From Folioceros fuciformis (lineage: Eukaryota): DNA of 20,000 bases. The stretch is taken from positions 49,944-69,943 of the forward strand of contig JBNGIO010006046.1 of the NCBI GenBank assembly GCA_049999805.1, written 5' to 3'. Positions 1-12,372 of this stretch are shown piece after piece. Each line of letters starts with the position of its first letter. Within the stretch, counting starts at the first letter, position 1. The notes below the pieces were generated by a model, which worked only from the letters and a program-made list of their open reading frames with translations, ran no database searches and was not told the origin of the DNA. Position numbers and translations under genes: made by a program.

Positions 1-582
1 GGATATGGGAAGGAGAACGCCAGGCTTTCCCAGGCACACAGGATCTATATCTTGATTTCGTGATTGGAATCGCGTCTTGTCTACTGTCCACCACATGTGC
101 GCTCCACTCGTGTGATGTAGAAGTACATATTTCGGTTTGGTTGTTGTTCCAGGGGTATCTACCGTATATACAGTTAGCAGCAGGTGGGACACTGTATTCA
201 TTGTCCCACCCCTACAGTGGGAAGAGACACATTTTGCATGCCGCTTAGGATACCGTTAGTAGCAGCTATGGTATGATCTTGAACAGATATTTTTCAAATA
301 CCTTACGAATCCAACATTGATGTACAAGAGACTTGTTAAATAAATGATTGAATTTTATTAAAATAATCTGTATAATGTCTTTGGCTTTTCTTTGCATAAA
401 CTACACTATGATTAGGATGGAATATAAAGGAACAAAGAGTTACATCGCAGCTGCCAAATCCCCATCAAGCTAATCCCATCTTGGACTCCATGTCCAAGCA
501 GCTTCTAGTAGTATGATGTATAGGAATGAGATACTTTATATCTCTTTAAAGCTCAGTCAAACAACTTGCAAATGATAGGGTG

Positions 583-786
583 TCATCTTACAATAGCTTT
601 ACAAGCAAGCAGCCTACAACAAAAGGTGAGGCATCATCTTGCAATAGCTTTACAAGCAAGCGGCCTACAGCCAAACATGGCGCATCATCCTATAACAGCT
701 TTACAGGTAAGCAGCCTAAAGCAAAAGATGGGGTATCATCTTGTAGTAACTTTATAAGCAAGAAGCCTAAAGCCAAAGATGGGGCG
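583..786. repeat. 51-bp tandem repeat, ~4 diverged copies
   Basis: Unit TCATCTT(A/G)CAATAGCTTTACAAGCAAGCAGCCTA... recurs at 583, 634, 685 and 736. It gives the 17-aa repeat SSYNSFTSKQP... in ORF 580-900. Confidence 0.9.
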
Positions 787-789
787 TCG

Positions 790-913
790 TCTTCCATTCA
801 CCTAGTTGAGCATGAATGCTCTGTGAGGTCTTCCATTCACCTAGTTGGGCATGAATNNNNNNNNNNCTGTGAGGTCTTCCATTCACCTAGTTGGGCATGA
901 ATGCTCTGTGAGG
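790..913. repeat. 39-bp tandem repeat, ~3 copies spanning an N-gap
   Basis: TCTTCCATTCACCTAGTTG(A/G)GCATGAATGCTCTGTGAGG at 790, 829 and ~876. The gap makes the copy number uncertain. Confidence 0.8.
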
Positions 914-1187
914 CCTACGTCTCAATCTCCGATCCAATCCCGTGTGTAATCCCCCATGGCATGGCATCCCCATCCTCCACCGTGCATCTCTCTTCATCCA
1001 AACTCTCTCTACAGGAAATCACATATCACGATTGCCTCTACTCGTATCGCCCAGTTTTGCCAATCTCCTAGTTTAAGCCGTGAAACCATGTTTTGCCACC
1101 TCCTAGTTTAANNNNNNNNNNTGAAACCATGTTTTGCCACCTCCTAGTTTAAGCCGTGAAACCATGTTCAACCGTGAAACCGGGTCG
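912..1187 (+). repeat. Left TIR of the MULE, with repeated AGCCGTGAAACC motifs
   Basis: AGCCGTGAAACC at 1076-1087 and 1152-1163; CCGTGAAACCGGGT at 1172-1185. Confidence 0.85.
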
Positions 1188-3051
1188 AACTTGTGAAACT
1201 GTGTGCGGTCTTTTGAGGAGCAAGGCAAGGAGACCCTGAAGCAAGGAGTCGGAGGTAGGAGGCGTGTGGCATAGTGGGCAAGGAGGAGCCGAAGCATCTC
1301 GTTTATCTTTTGACAATGATTTGGCGTATGTTGTGTACTACTCACAAATTTCATGGTCATGGCCAACAAAACGAAATGAAAATAAGCTAACATGCAACAA
1401 CACCTATAGTTTGCATGTCACTTTCTTCTTCTTGGGTAGTGCTCGTTCTTCTATACCTGTAAATCGCATAAGCTTATTCGTCCCTTCGTATCTCTTCCAA
1501 GGCTGGTCTTGTGGTCTTCTGCATAAAGAGGCCTTGTGTTTGTTTCATTATTGTATATGCCTCATCTAGGATAGCAGGTTTGGCTTGAACTATGCTTTGC
1601 ATGTTCATATAGATGGCATCCAAGCCCCGACGTCGTTTCATCCTCAAATATGCCAAGTTAGGCGGGTTGCTTTGAAGGGTGGCCACATCTTCATTACTAC
1701 ACGGCACATGATCCTTATCCATTATCTTGTCACATGCCTAGCCTTCATCACTCACCACATTGAGTTCAGGTCGAACAAAGTACGTCCCTCCTCTTGCCCT
1801 ACAACATATCCTTCATTAGTATGCCAAGAAAGCTGTACTAGTTGAGAAGTTTCTTCAAATGTACTAGTTGAGAAGTTTCTTCAAATATACCACAAACATG
1901 TTGCACCTTTACGACATGCTTGCATAGAAAACCTCGCTGCCCCATTCCACATGAGCAAAAAGCCTAAGGAGAGTGTGCAACTTCAATACAATATAAGTGA
2001 TCATTGTCATTAGACAACATGCAATATGCAACAGTAGATCCAACTGTTGTGAAAAAGATGACAGTCTCGTCTACAATACTACTTGCTATAGCAACGACAT
2101 GTTCTTACACTTTTTTCAACTTTGAATTAGGTCTGTATCCTCTAGCCTTAGTGAAATCAAGATACCAATAATGCCGGGCTATCTTGTTCACTAGTTGATG
2201 CAATAACCAATCCATATGCCTACCTGGCAACGTTGCTTTGGTGAATGACACTCTTTCTTTCAGAAAACGGTTAAAAGCCTCCAAGGCAAACGTTGTGTCT
2301 TGTCCAGTATCAGGTATGCCCTATAGTTCTTCATCCACATTCCTGTGAAACAAAAATAAGGCATGTCAGTAGAAACAACGAAAAGGAACAATATAACTAG
2401 TTCACACTAACCCTGAACATCACAAATATTACCTACAAAGTTTCCCCACTGCTTTCGGAAGTAGTCGATGAATCCAGGCTCAGTAACATTCCACTCCTTA
2501 TAGAAAAACTCCAACAACACCTTACCCCATGCTATAGTCTTATCTTGTGTCTTGTGACCACTGACATACATAATGTTTGCAAGAGCTACTCGTATCGCCT
2601 TCCTTGCTACAGGACACTTAACCTTCTTCAAAAGGTTTCGCTGCCATGCCTGTCTAACATGCCAGAGGCACAAAACAACATTTATGTTTACTCCCCATAC
2701 CTGTTTGAACCCTCCCCACTAGAAAACAACTAGGAGTCCATGAAGAACATGTGTTCGTGCAATTCTTTTAAGAGGCCCCAACCAAGACACCTAAGACATT
2801 ACGGTAGCTTCTTGGGTTAGTGCCCATGCCATTGGAATACCATTCAAGTGGTGATAAAAAACCATGACATTAAATAGATGATACGTATACTTATTCAGCC
2901 CGAATGTAGCGTTCATTGCTAGAACACTATTGTTACCATGTTTGATCAACATGTGCCGCACAAAAGGAGTTTGCAGCCCTAAAATAAAAGGCTCATCCCA
3001 TTCTGATATATGAGATGAGCATGGAGTTTCAACCACATGTCAGTGGACGAT

Positions 3052-3349
3052 GATCAGGATCTAACTTCCCCTCGCGCTTCTACTTGTCATTTGATGTTCA
3101 AGATGACATGAACTTAGCANNNNNNNNNNTTCAAGATGACATGAACTTAGCATCATCAAGATCCAACTTCCACTCATGTGCTTCTACTTGTTGTTTGATA
3201 TTCAAGATGACATGGACTTAGCATCATCATGATCCAACTTCCACTCACGTGCTTCTACCTGTTGTGTGATGTTCAAGATGACATGAACATAGCATCATCA
3301 GGATCCAACTTCCACTCACGCCCTTTTACCTGTCGTTTGATGTTCAAGA
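3052..3349. repeat. 71-bp tandem duplication inside the transposase coding region
   Basis: TCAAGATGACATG... recurs at 3131, 3202 and 3273, with a partial copy at 3344 and one before the N-gap. The length is not a multiple of 3, so it shifts the frame. Confidence 0.85.
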
Positions 3350-3577
3350 CATCCTTTCATTGCATGTAATCATCGCGAACATCCCGGTGTGCTCTCCATG
3401 TATGTAGTTCAAGACATCCTTTCATTGCATGTAATCATCGCGAACATCCTCTCCATGTATGTAGTGACTCATCTTCTCGTACACAACTGCAACATGTTTG
3501 CGCATAATTTCTGAGACGAAAACCTTGCAATAAAGACATGGAGTGACCATCATATCGGGGACCATGATATGACAAAC

Positions 3578-3917
3578 TGTAGGGTTATTAAAGCCCAATG
3601 TGATTAAAGCCCAATGTGATTAGACTAATGTGTTTAGTCTAAGATTAGTGTCCAGTTTAGTCTAAGATTAGTGTCCAGTTTAGTCTAAGATTAGTATCTA
3701 GTTTAGTCTAAGATTAGTGTCTAGTTTAGTCTAAGATTAGTGTCTAGTTGATATTAATTTAGCTTAAGTAGTGTCTAGTTGATAATAATTTAGCTTAAGT
3801 TAATTTGTAGGAAGCTTGTTGGCAGCTTCCTGTGCTATGCGCTTCTTGTCAAGCTTCCTTGGGAGCTCTTCTATAGGGTATAAATACCCTCTTGAGCTCC
3901 CTTGCAATAATGTGAGA
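3578..3917 (+). mobile_element. LTR-like (U3-like) insertion inside the transposase
   Basis: Starts TGTAGGG and is flanked by AAAC direct repeats (3574-3577, 3918-3921). Removing it joins ...YTDQVGD to VCH...HGP. It holds 23-bp x5 (3632-3746) and 31-bp x2 (3738-3799) repeats and TATAAATA at 3879-3886. Confidence 0.55.
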
Positions 3918-4317
3918 AAACATCACCAACCTGATCTGTATATTGTCCTTGGTGAAGAATGATCTAAGCTCCTTGAAACATGAACAATTGCTTTACAACA
4001 AAATGGGCCATACAACTAGTCTTCATTCGAACATTTCTAAGTGAGATAACTGCTCAAAAATCTTCTGGTCCATAGGAGCACCAATACCTACAAAAGAGGA
4101 GGATATGTATTTTAGCATAGCTTCAATTACCCACCGCATATCCTTCAACCAAAATGCCACAAGACTGTGGAAGGGTGTACACAAGTGCATAGACACATTA
4201 GCCTTAGCTGTTCAACCGTTTGCCAAATACAGCAGGGTAGATTATATCAGCCATATTATGGCACAGCAGGGTAGATTATATCAGCCATACTATGGCGTGA
4301 GGCCTATCAGCCATATT

Positions 4318-4614
4318 ATGGCACAACAGCTGGCCGCAGGGCATTTCGACTCTTTGAATCTTTGCGGTTGGCCGCACTCTTGAGACTTTCTCTAGCCACA
4401 AAATCCTTCACATGATTCCATTGAAATGTCCGAGCGGTGGGATGTGGACGTTGAGCGGGAATGTCTAGTGATGGCACAACAGCTGGCCGCAGGGCATTTC
4501 AACTCTTTGAATCTTTGGAGTAGGCCGCACACTTGAGACTTTCTCCAGCCACGAAATCCTCCACACGACTCCATTGAAATGTCCGAGTGGTAGGATCTGG
4601 ATGTTGAGTGGGAA
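4318..4614. repeat. ~153-bp direct duplication inside the MULE
   Basis: ATGGCACAACAGCTGGCCGCAGGGCATTTC... at 4318 and 4471. Confidence 0.85.
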
Positions 4615-4679
4615 CTCCATCAGAACATAAGCACGGTGCAAAGCGTGCTCGCTTTAGGGTTTAAGCAAAATGGTTGTTG

Positions 4680-5069
4680 AAGCTTAAACCCGGTTTCACG
4701 GCTGNNNNNNNNNNGCTTAAACCCGGTTTCACGGCTGCTCGCTTTAAGGTTTAAGCAAAATCGTTGTTGAAGCTTAAACCCGGTTTCACGGCTTACATGG
4801 TTACATCGGAGGTGGCAAAACTGAGAAAAACGAGTACAGGCGATCGCAATATGTGATTTCCTGTAGAGATGGTGAAAGAGAGATGCATGGCGATCGCAGT
4901 ATGTAATTTCCTGTACAGATGGTGAAAGAGAGATGCATGGCGATCGCATTATGTGATTTCCTGTAGAGATGGTGAAAGAGAGATGCATGGCGGAGGATGG
5001 GGACGCCATGCCACGGGGATCACACGCGAGGGCGAAGCATTTATTGGATCGGAGATTGAGACGCAGGCC
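4680..5069 (-). repeat. Right TIR of the MULE, with an internal 50-bp x3 duplication
   Basis: ACCCGGTTTCACGG at 4688, 4721 and 4778. The 50-bp unit GGCGATCGCA.TATGT.ATTTCCTGTA.AGATGGTGAAAGAGAGATGCAT occurs at 4839, 4889 and 4939. Confidence 0.85.
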
Positions 5070-5488
5070 GCTCGGTGTGCACCGCGACAAGGCACTTGAG
5101 CAGGTGGCTACTCATTCGCGTGGTTGTGGGAAGGCATACTTTGTGATAAGCTCCGTACGGCCCCATCTGCGTCATGTACTGAGCACTTTCCAGAATTCTA
5201 GGAGGCAAGAGTGACGGTTTACTAAAATCTGAAAAGGAAACCAGCGAGTCAATTGACCACACCAATAATGTACAGAAAAGCTCAAAAAGACAAGCTCCAA
5301 CATCAATGCCTCCAATGCGCTACTAGGTGTTCTAAACCTCCGAATCACAGATACACAAAATTTCTGGACCTCCCTTGTTGAGCCAGATTCAATGGTTCGC
5401 AGTACGAAATCTACAAATGCCTGCAATGTGCATCTTTGACCAATGCAAGGGGAATCCTTTAGGACATCATATGCCTATCATCACCCAA

Positions 5489-8400
5489 CTATGCCCTGAA
5501 CAAATAACGCAGATCTGACTCGGACAGCCGAGTTCTTTGCTCCGTGAGCTCGGTCTCACCAAAAGCGGAAGCAACTATCTGCCTTTTATTGTCCTGCACA
5601 ACCCAGAACAACAGGGTCATCAACGGTGCGTCAAAGAGGAACGACATGCTACGCACAGGATTTGTAAAAGGTGAACTAACCAACCTGCAACGCTAAAATG
5701 CGGTCCTCAATTGTGTTCTTCACTGTGAAACGGGACACTTTCACAGGACGGGTTTGCCCAATACGATGTGCGCGATCAATAGCTTGATCTTCGGTTGTGG
5801 GATTCCACCAAATGTCCATCAGCAGGACATGGGACGCAGAGACCATGTTCAGTCCCAAGCTTGCTGCCTTCAAGGACATGATGATGACATTCACCTGCAA
5901 CACTTTGTCACAGCAACATGAGAACCAGGTACCTCAAAGTTGAGCAGTCCCATTGGAATCTCACCAACAGCAGCACATGCTCACCTCGGGAACTGTGTTG
6001 AACTCATGGACAGCACGATCTCTGGCATTGACAGACATAGTACCATCGAGCCGTCTGTAGCAAAATCCAGCTTGCTTCAACGGAGTTTCCAGCAGATCAA
6101 GCATGCCTGTCCACTGTGAAAAAACAATAGCCTTCTCCGTTGCAACTGAATGCTTCGTAAGGGCAAAGCTTTTGTCAACTTCAACCAGCGAACAAGTCTT
6201 TTCTCCCTTTACTTCAACCTGCCCTCTCTGTGTCGGTAAATCCGAAACAACAGCGTCAGGCAAGATTCCTACCGTCGTGTCAGTCACCTGCAACTTTGGT
6301 AGTGCCATCAGTGTACTGATGACAGCATCTATCTTAGAGGAAGAAACCCAAGCTTGGTTTGCCTCTGAGTCCAGAGTTAACTCCTGGCCCTTCACCGGCA
6401 TTGCATCGTCCAATATTGTGGCCTGGCCATTCAACGCAGCAAGAGAGTACAATTGAGATGATTTCAGAGCCTTCCTACACCCAGAAAATGGGCATATTGT
6501 ATCATCTCCGGCTCCCAGGTGCTGTAATATGCACTGCTCACAGAAGACATGATAGCAGGACGTCACAACTGCTTCCTCAAGAGCATCCTGCAGAGGGATT
6601 GAAGGTTTCAGTAACAAACAATGATGAAGGGAAGAAGGTAATGCAAAGAAACAATGATACAAAGATTCACCAAATGTTGATGAAACCCAATTGGTGCTTA
6701 GGTAGCTGAAAACATCTTATCACATATTTTTGGAGAAAACAAGGGGATTAAAGCATACATTGCATATGGAACAGATAGAATTGTTGTCCTCAACCATGGC
6801 AAGCAGCTGCCCTCGCTTGATCTCAGACAATGCGCAAACCGAGTCAATAGTGGATCGCTGGCGAGACTGGGAACTAAGGCCTTTAACGAGCTGCCTGTGA
6901 TCGCATGCCTGGCGTAGTCGCAGCAGTAACCACAATATGTTGACATAATTGTTCTGAACAGTTCCAGCTGCTGCATACATCTACACCATTCCAAAGTGAT
7001 GACGGCAGGTTAGCTTGAACCTTCATTTTCTGGTACAGATATCTAGTAAGCGGGGATCAACCAACTACGGCATCAATGCTACACAAAGAGCCACCTGAAA
7101 CTGCTCCCGAGACTCTTTCTCGAGACAAGTGTAGAACGCGCGTTCATCAGGAGTAAATTCTGCTTGTTTCAGTTCCACAATTCGAGGAGGCAACTTCACT
7201 ATTGGCTCTCCATCAATGAGGGTGCCTGGACACGCTGACAAAGGTTACGCTGCTGTTGTTTGAATTGCAATATGCATGGGAAAAGGACTAAGAACACGTC
7301 AGCCTGAAAAGACGAGAGTTTTTTTTCTTTCTTCTTTGGGGGGAGCTACGGCACTATGTTGTGCCAGCATGAAGTACTATTCTTGGACCAAGTACTGACC
7401 TTTGGTGCGCCGCAGCAGAATTCCACGTAGAATAGCCTGTAACTCACGATATCCTTCGGCAGGAAATCGGGTGATTTTTTCTTTTACTCTGGCCCGAAAC
7501 TCATTGTATTTATCATATGGTGAGTACCTCAGAAATCGGAAGTAACTGTAGAGGTCATCGATGGAGTTCTGAATGGGTGTTCCACTTAGACACCACCTCC
7601 TCTTGGCCCTCAAACCCCAGGCAGCACGGGCAACCTGTGTTTTTCCGTTCTTAATGCTTTGAGCTTCATCAAGAATAACCCGAAACCATGTGACCCTTGC
7701 TAAGGGCCCAGCATCTGAATGAGCTGAAACACCATCTTGTCCCTCAGTACCTCGGCCCCTTGGCTTCTTCCTCCCTTTGTCCGCTTTCTTTGCAGCCTTG
7801 GCTTGGAAGAAGCCATTGTTCAGTCCGTAGTCACTGTAGTTTCTTTTCTCTTCTTCCTGTTCCTCAGGAGATGGTTGCAAAGGCACCTCCAAACCAAGAA
7901 TTGAGTATGTGGTTAAAACCACGTCATATTTTGCAAGTTCTTCCGGGTCACGTGTCCTGCTTCCTCCGTGATAGATCACAAATGTCAGTCCTGCATTGGG
8001 GGACACCCTGGTCCTCAGTTCATTTGCCCATTGTCTCAGCACACTTGTGGGGCACACAACCAGAGTGCCCGCTGCGGGCCTTCCCTTGGTTGGGAAACAA
8101 GCACCATGATTTGGCGTCTTGTCATGAGCATGAGAGGGCCCATTTGTTATCGCTTCCTGGAGTTCAAATTCTTTGATATCTCGCTTGATTGGAAAACTCT
8201 TGCTCTCCTCCTCATCCTCAATATGGACAGTCTGTGGCTCTAGCAGTAAGGGACGTGACTGTTCACAATCTACATTCCGACGCGGTGGTCTGTTTTTCAA
8301 AATGAGAGAGATCGTTGAGATCGTCTTTCCAAGACCCTAGCACAGACAAGGACATGAACAACGTGAGCACAGAAAATGTGCATGCATTCATTCATCTATT

Positions 8401-10395
8401 TTGTCGTAAAGAACAAATTCCTCACGTCATTCATTGCAAAAGTCTCCCAAAACTACCTGATCATCTGCCAAGATGCCACCAACAGGGAGGTGCTCACTTG
8501 GAGCCTCCCTTTTCGTCATCCAATTGAGAGCAATCCTCTGCAATATCAACGTGACAGATATCCTCAATGTACTCTCACATTAAAATACAAATAGTATCTT
8601 TCAGAAAGAGAATTACACGAAGTTTTAAATCCACTTGACCACCCATTAGTGTACCTGATGCTTCAGAAGCTGAACAGTCATCAGACCCTCATCCAAACAT
8701 GATTCCTCTGAGGTAGGACCTTCTGCAAAAGTCTGAAACATCAACAGAAGATCTCGGTTAGAGGTTCCAACAGACAGCAAGACGCACTGAGAACCTTTCA
8801 AGAAAGCAGATAATCTCATAATCGCACAGCAGATCACGACATCGATAAATCATCTAAGGGGCCAGCTGATCCTACTTTTCCCCTGCTGACCACACTGTTG
8901 ATGTTCTGACCATGAAAGGTTCTTCTGATATTTTGTCCAATTCCAGAGGGTGGGATGGTCACTCTTGCACATAGATCATTGCTGTAAGGGTGAACCTGCT
9001 CCATCAAACGCCTTTGCGCATAGCCAGGCAGATCAAGGAGTTTGACATCGGGCCACTTCGTGATCGCAGGATGTCTGGCAGAGAGTCCGGCAGCAGCAAT
9101 CTGTTTGTTCAACAAGTCTGTTGGCAGAGATGCCACAGGTTTGGCAATATTCCAAGCTTGCGGTGCAGCTGCTTCTGACTTGACCCTAGAAAGATCAACA
9201 AGCTGAAATGCTGACTTATCCTGTTCATCAAACTTCTGGGCAACACAGGGAATCGTAACCCGATGCCGTTTGGCTACCGAATCCATCCATGCAGGAAGCA
9301 TTCGTTTTCCAAGCGCACTGCTCCCCACTTCCATTTGATCAGACAGTTCATCATCACTGCTTTCTATCTCAGTGAGGTCAACAAATCCATGCTTGATTAC
9401 AGCAGGCTGTTTTTTAGTGTCCCTCCCGTTTGCAGCTTGCACACTGGAGCTTCCAGGAAATGACATGACCATAACACACGTATCATCTTCAGAAGCAGCC
9501 ATCGCATCCTTGTGAAACTCAACAACGTCAGAGCATGGGGACAGCTCTCCAGTTGGTTCATTCACAAACCTAGACAGTGACGAAGTCACACCCTGCTTCC
9601 AATCTGATGCTAAAACAGAATCATCAGGTTGTTTGGGCCGATTACGGTCAATAAGCCTATCTGGTGTTCCGTAAGAGAAAAACCCTAACTCCTGTGATAA
9701 ATTGCTTGGAACTCCAAAAGTGAAGCTTTCCCCTCTCAGACCCTCGGATGAAGCAAAGCGGCTGCCTACTGCCATTCCTGAAGCAGCACAGTCTTTTGAT
9801 TTAGAACAGAAGAATAAGAATAGGGGTTGCAAGTCAGAGTCGACCAGAGCAGAACAGAAGACCCACAAGAGGAGTACCAGATGTTTGGGAGCCAGAATCC
9901 TGCCCAGCCAAGAAACCCCTTTGTTCTGCCAAAACTACAGTAGGCGAAAAGTCACTGTGTGACAAACTTCCTGGCGCCTCGACGTTGTTAGCCTGCCAGA
10001 AGGATGACGATGTTTTAATGAACAAACTGCCAAAGGTACAAACTGCAAAGCTAAAACTAGACCTAGCTTCCCATCGACTTGCACTGCAAAACACTTCATG
10101 CTAATATTACCTTTGGATCTTCTCTCATTAAAGCATAAAAATCGGCCAAATCAATATCAGCCTTGTCCCCATCACCCGTTAATTGTTCATCAGAGTCAGC
10201 AATAACCGCCGGCTCTACGATACCATCTTGGATTGCGGAGGTGTTGTAGCATTCATCCCCACTGACTTCACTGATTTCATCCTCAGAGCTGTGAGTCAAG
10301 ATATTTTCCATGCCATCAACCGTTGGGCGAACTGGAGGACGTGAAAACAGACTTCCCATTCCTCCACCATCGGCATGATCCCACGAGATTTTCAT
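5489..10395 (-). CDS. SNF2-family RING-finger helicase-like chromatin remodeller (Ris1/Rad5-16 subfamily, plant CHR27/CHR28 = FRG1/2-like), multi-exon
   Basis: Inferred exons (GT-AG): ~10395-10111, 9992-9878, 9792-8876, 8732-8655, 8537-8457, 8336-7400, 7225-7095, 6980-6759, 6587-5985, 5894-5685 and 5593-5489. Motifs: [12 protein letters not shown], Walker [27 protein letters not shown], Walker [27 protein letters not shown]3HC4 RING ([24 protein letters not shown]...CPFSGC), [27 protein letters not shown]. The start codon and 5' exons are uncertain. Confidence 0.93.
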
Positions 10396-11315
10396 CTTCT
10401 GGAGGTACTGAATATCTCTGCGCAATATTGTCCACAACCCGACAATCGCATGTCTACCCTGTTACAGCCACCCTTGGCGGCAGTTGTAGCACATTGACAG
10501 CAGCGAGAGACATCTGGAAGCCGATCCTACAACGCTTGCCGGTCGTAGGTGCAGGCTACGTGCTATGAAGCTCTCCTCTGACTTGTGTTTCCAAATCGAA
10601 TCCTGGAGCCACCTAGGAAAGATCAACCTTCCGGATAGAAACAAAAGCAGCAACATGCCCCCATGAAGGCAACGGCTGATTTCAGCATCAAAATCAAAAG
10701 AATCGGGCAAAATCACAAAAAAACGGTCGGACTTCACCCAGTACGTCACAATCAAAAGCAGCAAACAAGTGCAGGAATTGCTGGGCCCGTCACACGTTTC
10801 TTGCACGAGCAGCTCATCTGGACTACAACCTTCCCAACAACCAGTCAGCACCCCAACTCCCCCGACATACAATCGGTGTCTCTCGTGTTTCATTCTGGTG
10901 CCCCAGCCCCTGATGTCTCCAGCTCCGAGCGAAACCCGTTCGTCTCCAGCTCCACATCAGACAATTCACCACACGGGCCTGGCCTCACGTCGGACACCCG
11001 CAATGGCCAGACGCTTCAATATCCTCAGTCCGACTAACCAGTGATTCTCATCGTCCTCAAGCTGACTAAGTACTGAGAGATGGCTTCCTCATAGCTGAAA
11101 CATACCGGTAGACGATCCCGACGCAGCCAAGGTGGGTAGCATACAATGCAACAGTTGTGACGCTGGTATCAGAACATCGGCAGCAGTCCGTAGATTAGGG
11201 TCTCTCGATCGGCTTGAGGCAGGCATAACACAGATTACACTCTTCCTCGTCCGACCTAGGGCTCTGTTCTTGCCTTACACTTCACGCGTGCCCAATTGCA
11301 ATCCCGCTCCTCCAC

Positions 11316-11324
11316 ATATATATA
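11316..11324 (-). promoter_or_regulatory. Candidate TATA box of the SNF2 gene
   Basis: TATATATAT near the change from GC/CpG-rich to AT-rich sequence upstream of the gene. Position is the only support. Confidence 0.3.
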
Positions 11325-12068
11325 GAGTGCCGACCGAGTCTCGCCTCGGTATCATGCCTGTTAGTCTTCGCCGATCCATTGTAGCGACTTGCTGAGTTGT
11401 CGAGCCTTCCAATGCTCCCTCGAGGTTTATGGTGGCCCGTATTTGAGCCACGTTTTCCGCTTCTTTTCGCCGAACTTGTCTCTCTCTAGTAAGCTTAAAC
11501 CTTTTTAACATCAAACCCGCATTCTCGTTCAAAAATAAAAATTGAAGCACGATTAAAGATTACGATTGTTTTGATACATAAACGACGTTCAAGTTATGTA
11601 TAATCATTTCTTTATACATAAAAAAACCTTAAACCTGAATTTGAAGCTCAAAGTTCATTGTGTGAAGGCTCAAGGGTCTTTTTACAAAGGCCCCACCAAT
11701 GAGATGATATATTTAAGTTTAAATCTCTTTATTTTTTTAATCTATTAAAGAAGAAAAAGGAAATCTTTCGAGTCCACCAAGGAGACATGACTATGTCCAT
11801 TCATTGAGGAATAAAAGAAAAGGTGAAACTAATTTAATTTCATGTCTTTTGCACTTCTCCTTTTCATATTATTTAATCCACCCATTGGGTACGGACCATG
11901 TTGTATGATGAAAGGTCCTATTTAAGGAGGTAACACTTTATAGAATTCTCCTTTAAGAAGGGCCAACTACATATATTTGAGTAAGTTCAAAATAATTGCT
12001 ATCAACACATGCAATATATAGATATAAGTAAAGTTGTGGGCCATTGATTTGGGAATAGCACCATAGTA

Positions 12069-12372
12069 TAGCTTCTAGACATGGATCTTAGTAGGTTCAT
12101 TTTAGATAGTTTCTAGACATGGATCTTAGTAGGTTGATTTTAGATAGCTTCTAGACATGGATCTTAGTANNNNNNNNNNNNNNNNNNNNNNNNNNNNNNN
12201 NNNNNNNNNNNNNNNNNNNNNNNNNNNNNNNNNNNNNNNNNNNNNNNNNNNNNNNNNNNNNNNNNNNNNGATCTTAGTAGGTTGATTTTAGATAGCTTCT
12301 AGACATGGATCTCAGTAGGTTCATTTTAGCTTTTGGACATGAGATCTTTGTAGGTTCATTTTAGCTTTTGAA
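12069..12372. repeat. 38-bp tandem array spanning a 100-N gap
   Basis: TAGCTTCTAGACATGGATCTTAGTAGGTT(C/G)ATTTTAGA at 12069, 12107 and 12145, and again after the gap. Confidence 0.9.

Larger units (their letters stand above)
1474..4087 (-). pseudogene. MULE-type DDE transposase with SWIM zinc finger, pseudogenised
   Basis: Minus-strand translations: YWCSYGPEDF*...CMAHFVVKQL (4086 to ~3980); DVLNIKRQVKGREWKLDPDDA (~3350-3295); FILGLQTPF...AMNATFGLNKYTYHLFNVMVFYHHLNGIPMAW (first catalytic D changed to N); CLWHVRQAW (CxxH); FIDYFRKQW; QDTTFALEAFNRFLK; SWIM finger CSCGMGQRGFLCKH (1957-1916). It contains stops, frameshifts and insertions. Confidence 0.85.
912..5069 (-). mobile_element. Degenerate Mutator-like (MULE) DNA transposon with long terminal inverted repeats
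   Basis: 912-1187 (GGCCTACGTCTCAATCTCCGATCCAAT...CTCTACAGGAAATCACATAT...CCGTGAAACCGGGT) is the reverse complement of 4688-5069. The interior encodes MULE transposase remnants. The flanks GCTCTGTGA (903-911) and GCTCGGTGT (5070-5078) match at 7 of 9 positions, a possible decayed TSD. Confidence 0.85.

Noticed and set aside
1-340. Possible 3' exons of a plus-strand gene
   Set aside because: No recognisable motif, and the exon structure cannot be supported from this window.
580-900. 106-aa repeat-protein ORF
   Set aside because: It is explained by the 51-bp and 39-bp repeats, has a non-ATG start, crosses an N-gap and shows no homology.
3632-3799. Regular short repeats resembling a CRISPR array (also 12069-12372)
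   Set aside because: The units are head-to-tail with no unique spacers, there are no cas genes, and the context is eukaryotic.
3578-3997. Solo LTR with TGTA...TACA ends
   Set aside because: 3918-3997 translates as transposase (HFVVKQL...YTDQVGD) on the minus strand and the TSD does not match, so the insert ends near 3917.
10462-11550. ORFs upstream of the SNF2 start
   Set aside because: No motifs. This is more likely 5' UTR, intron or promoter sequence, although extra 5' exons cannot be excluded.
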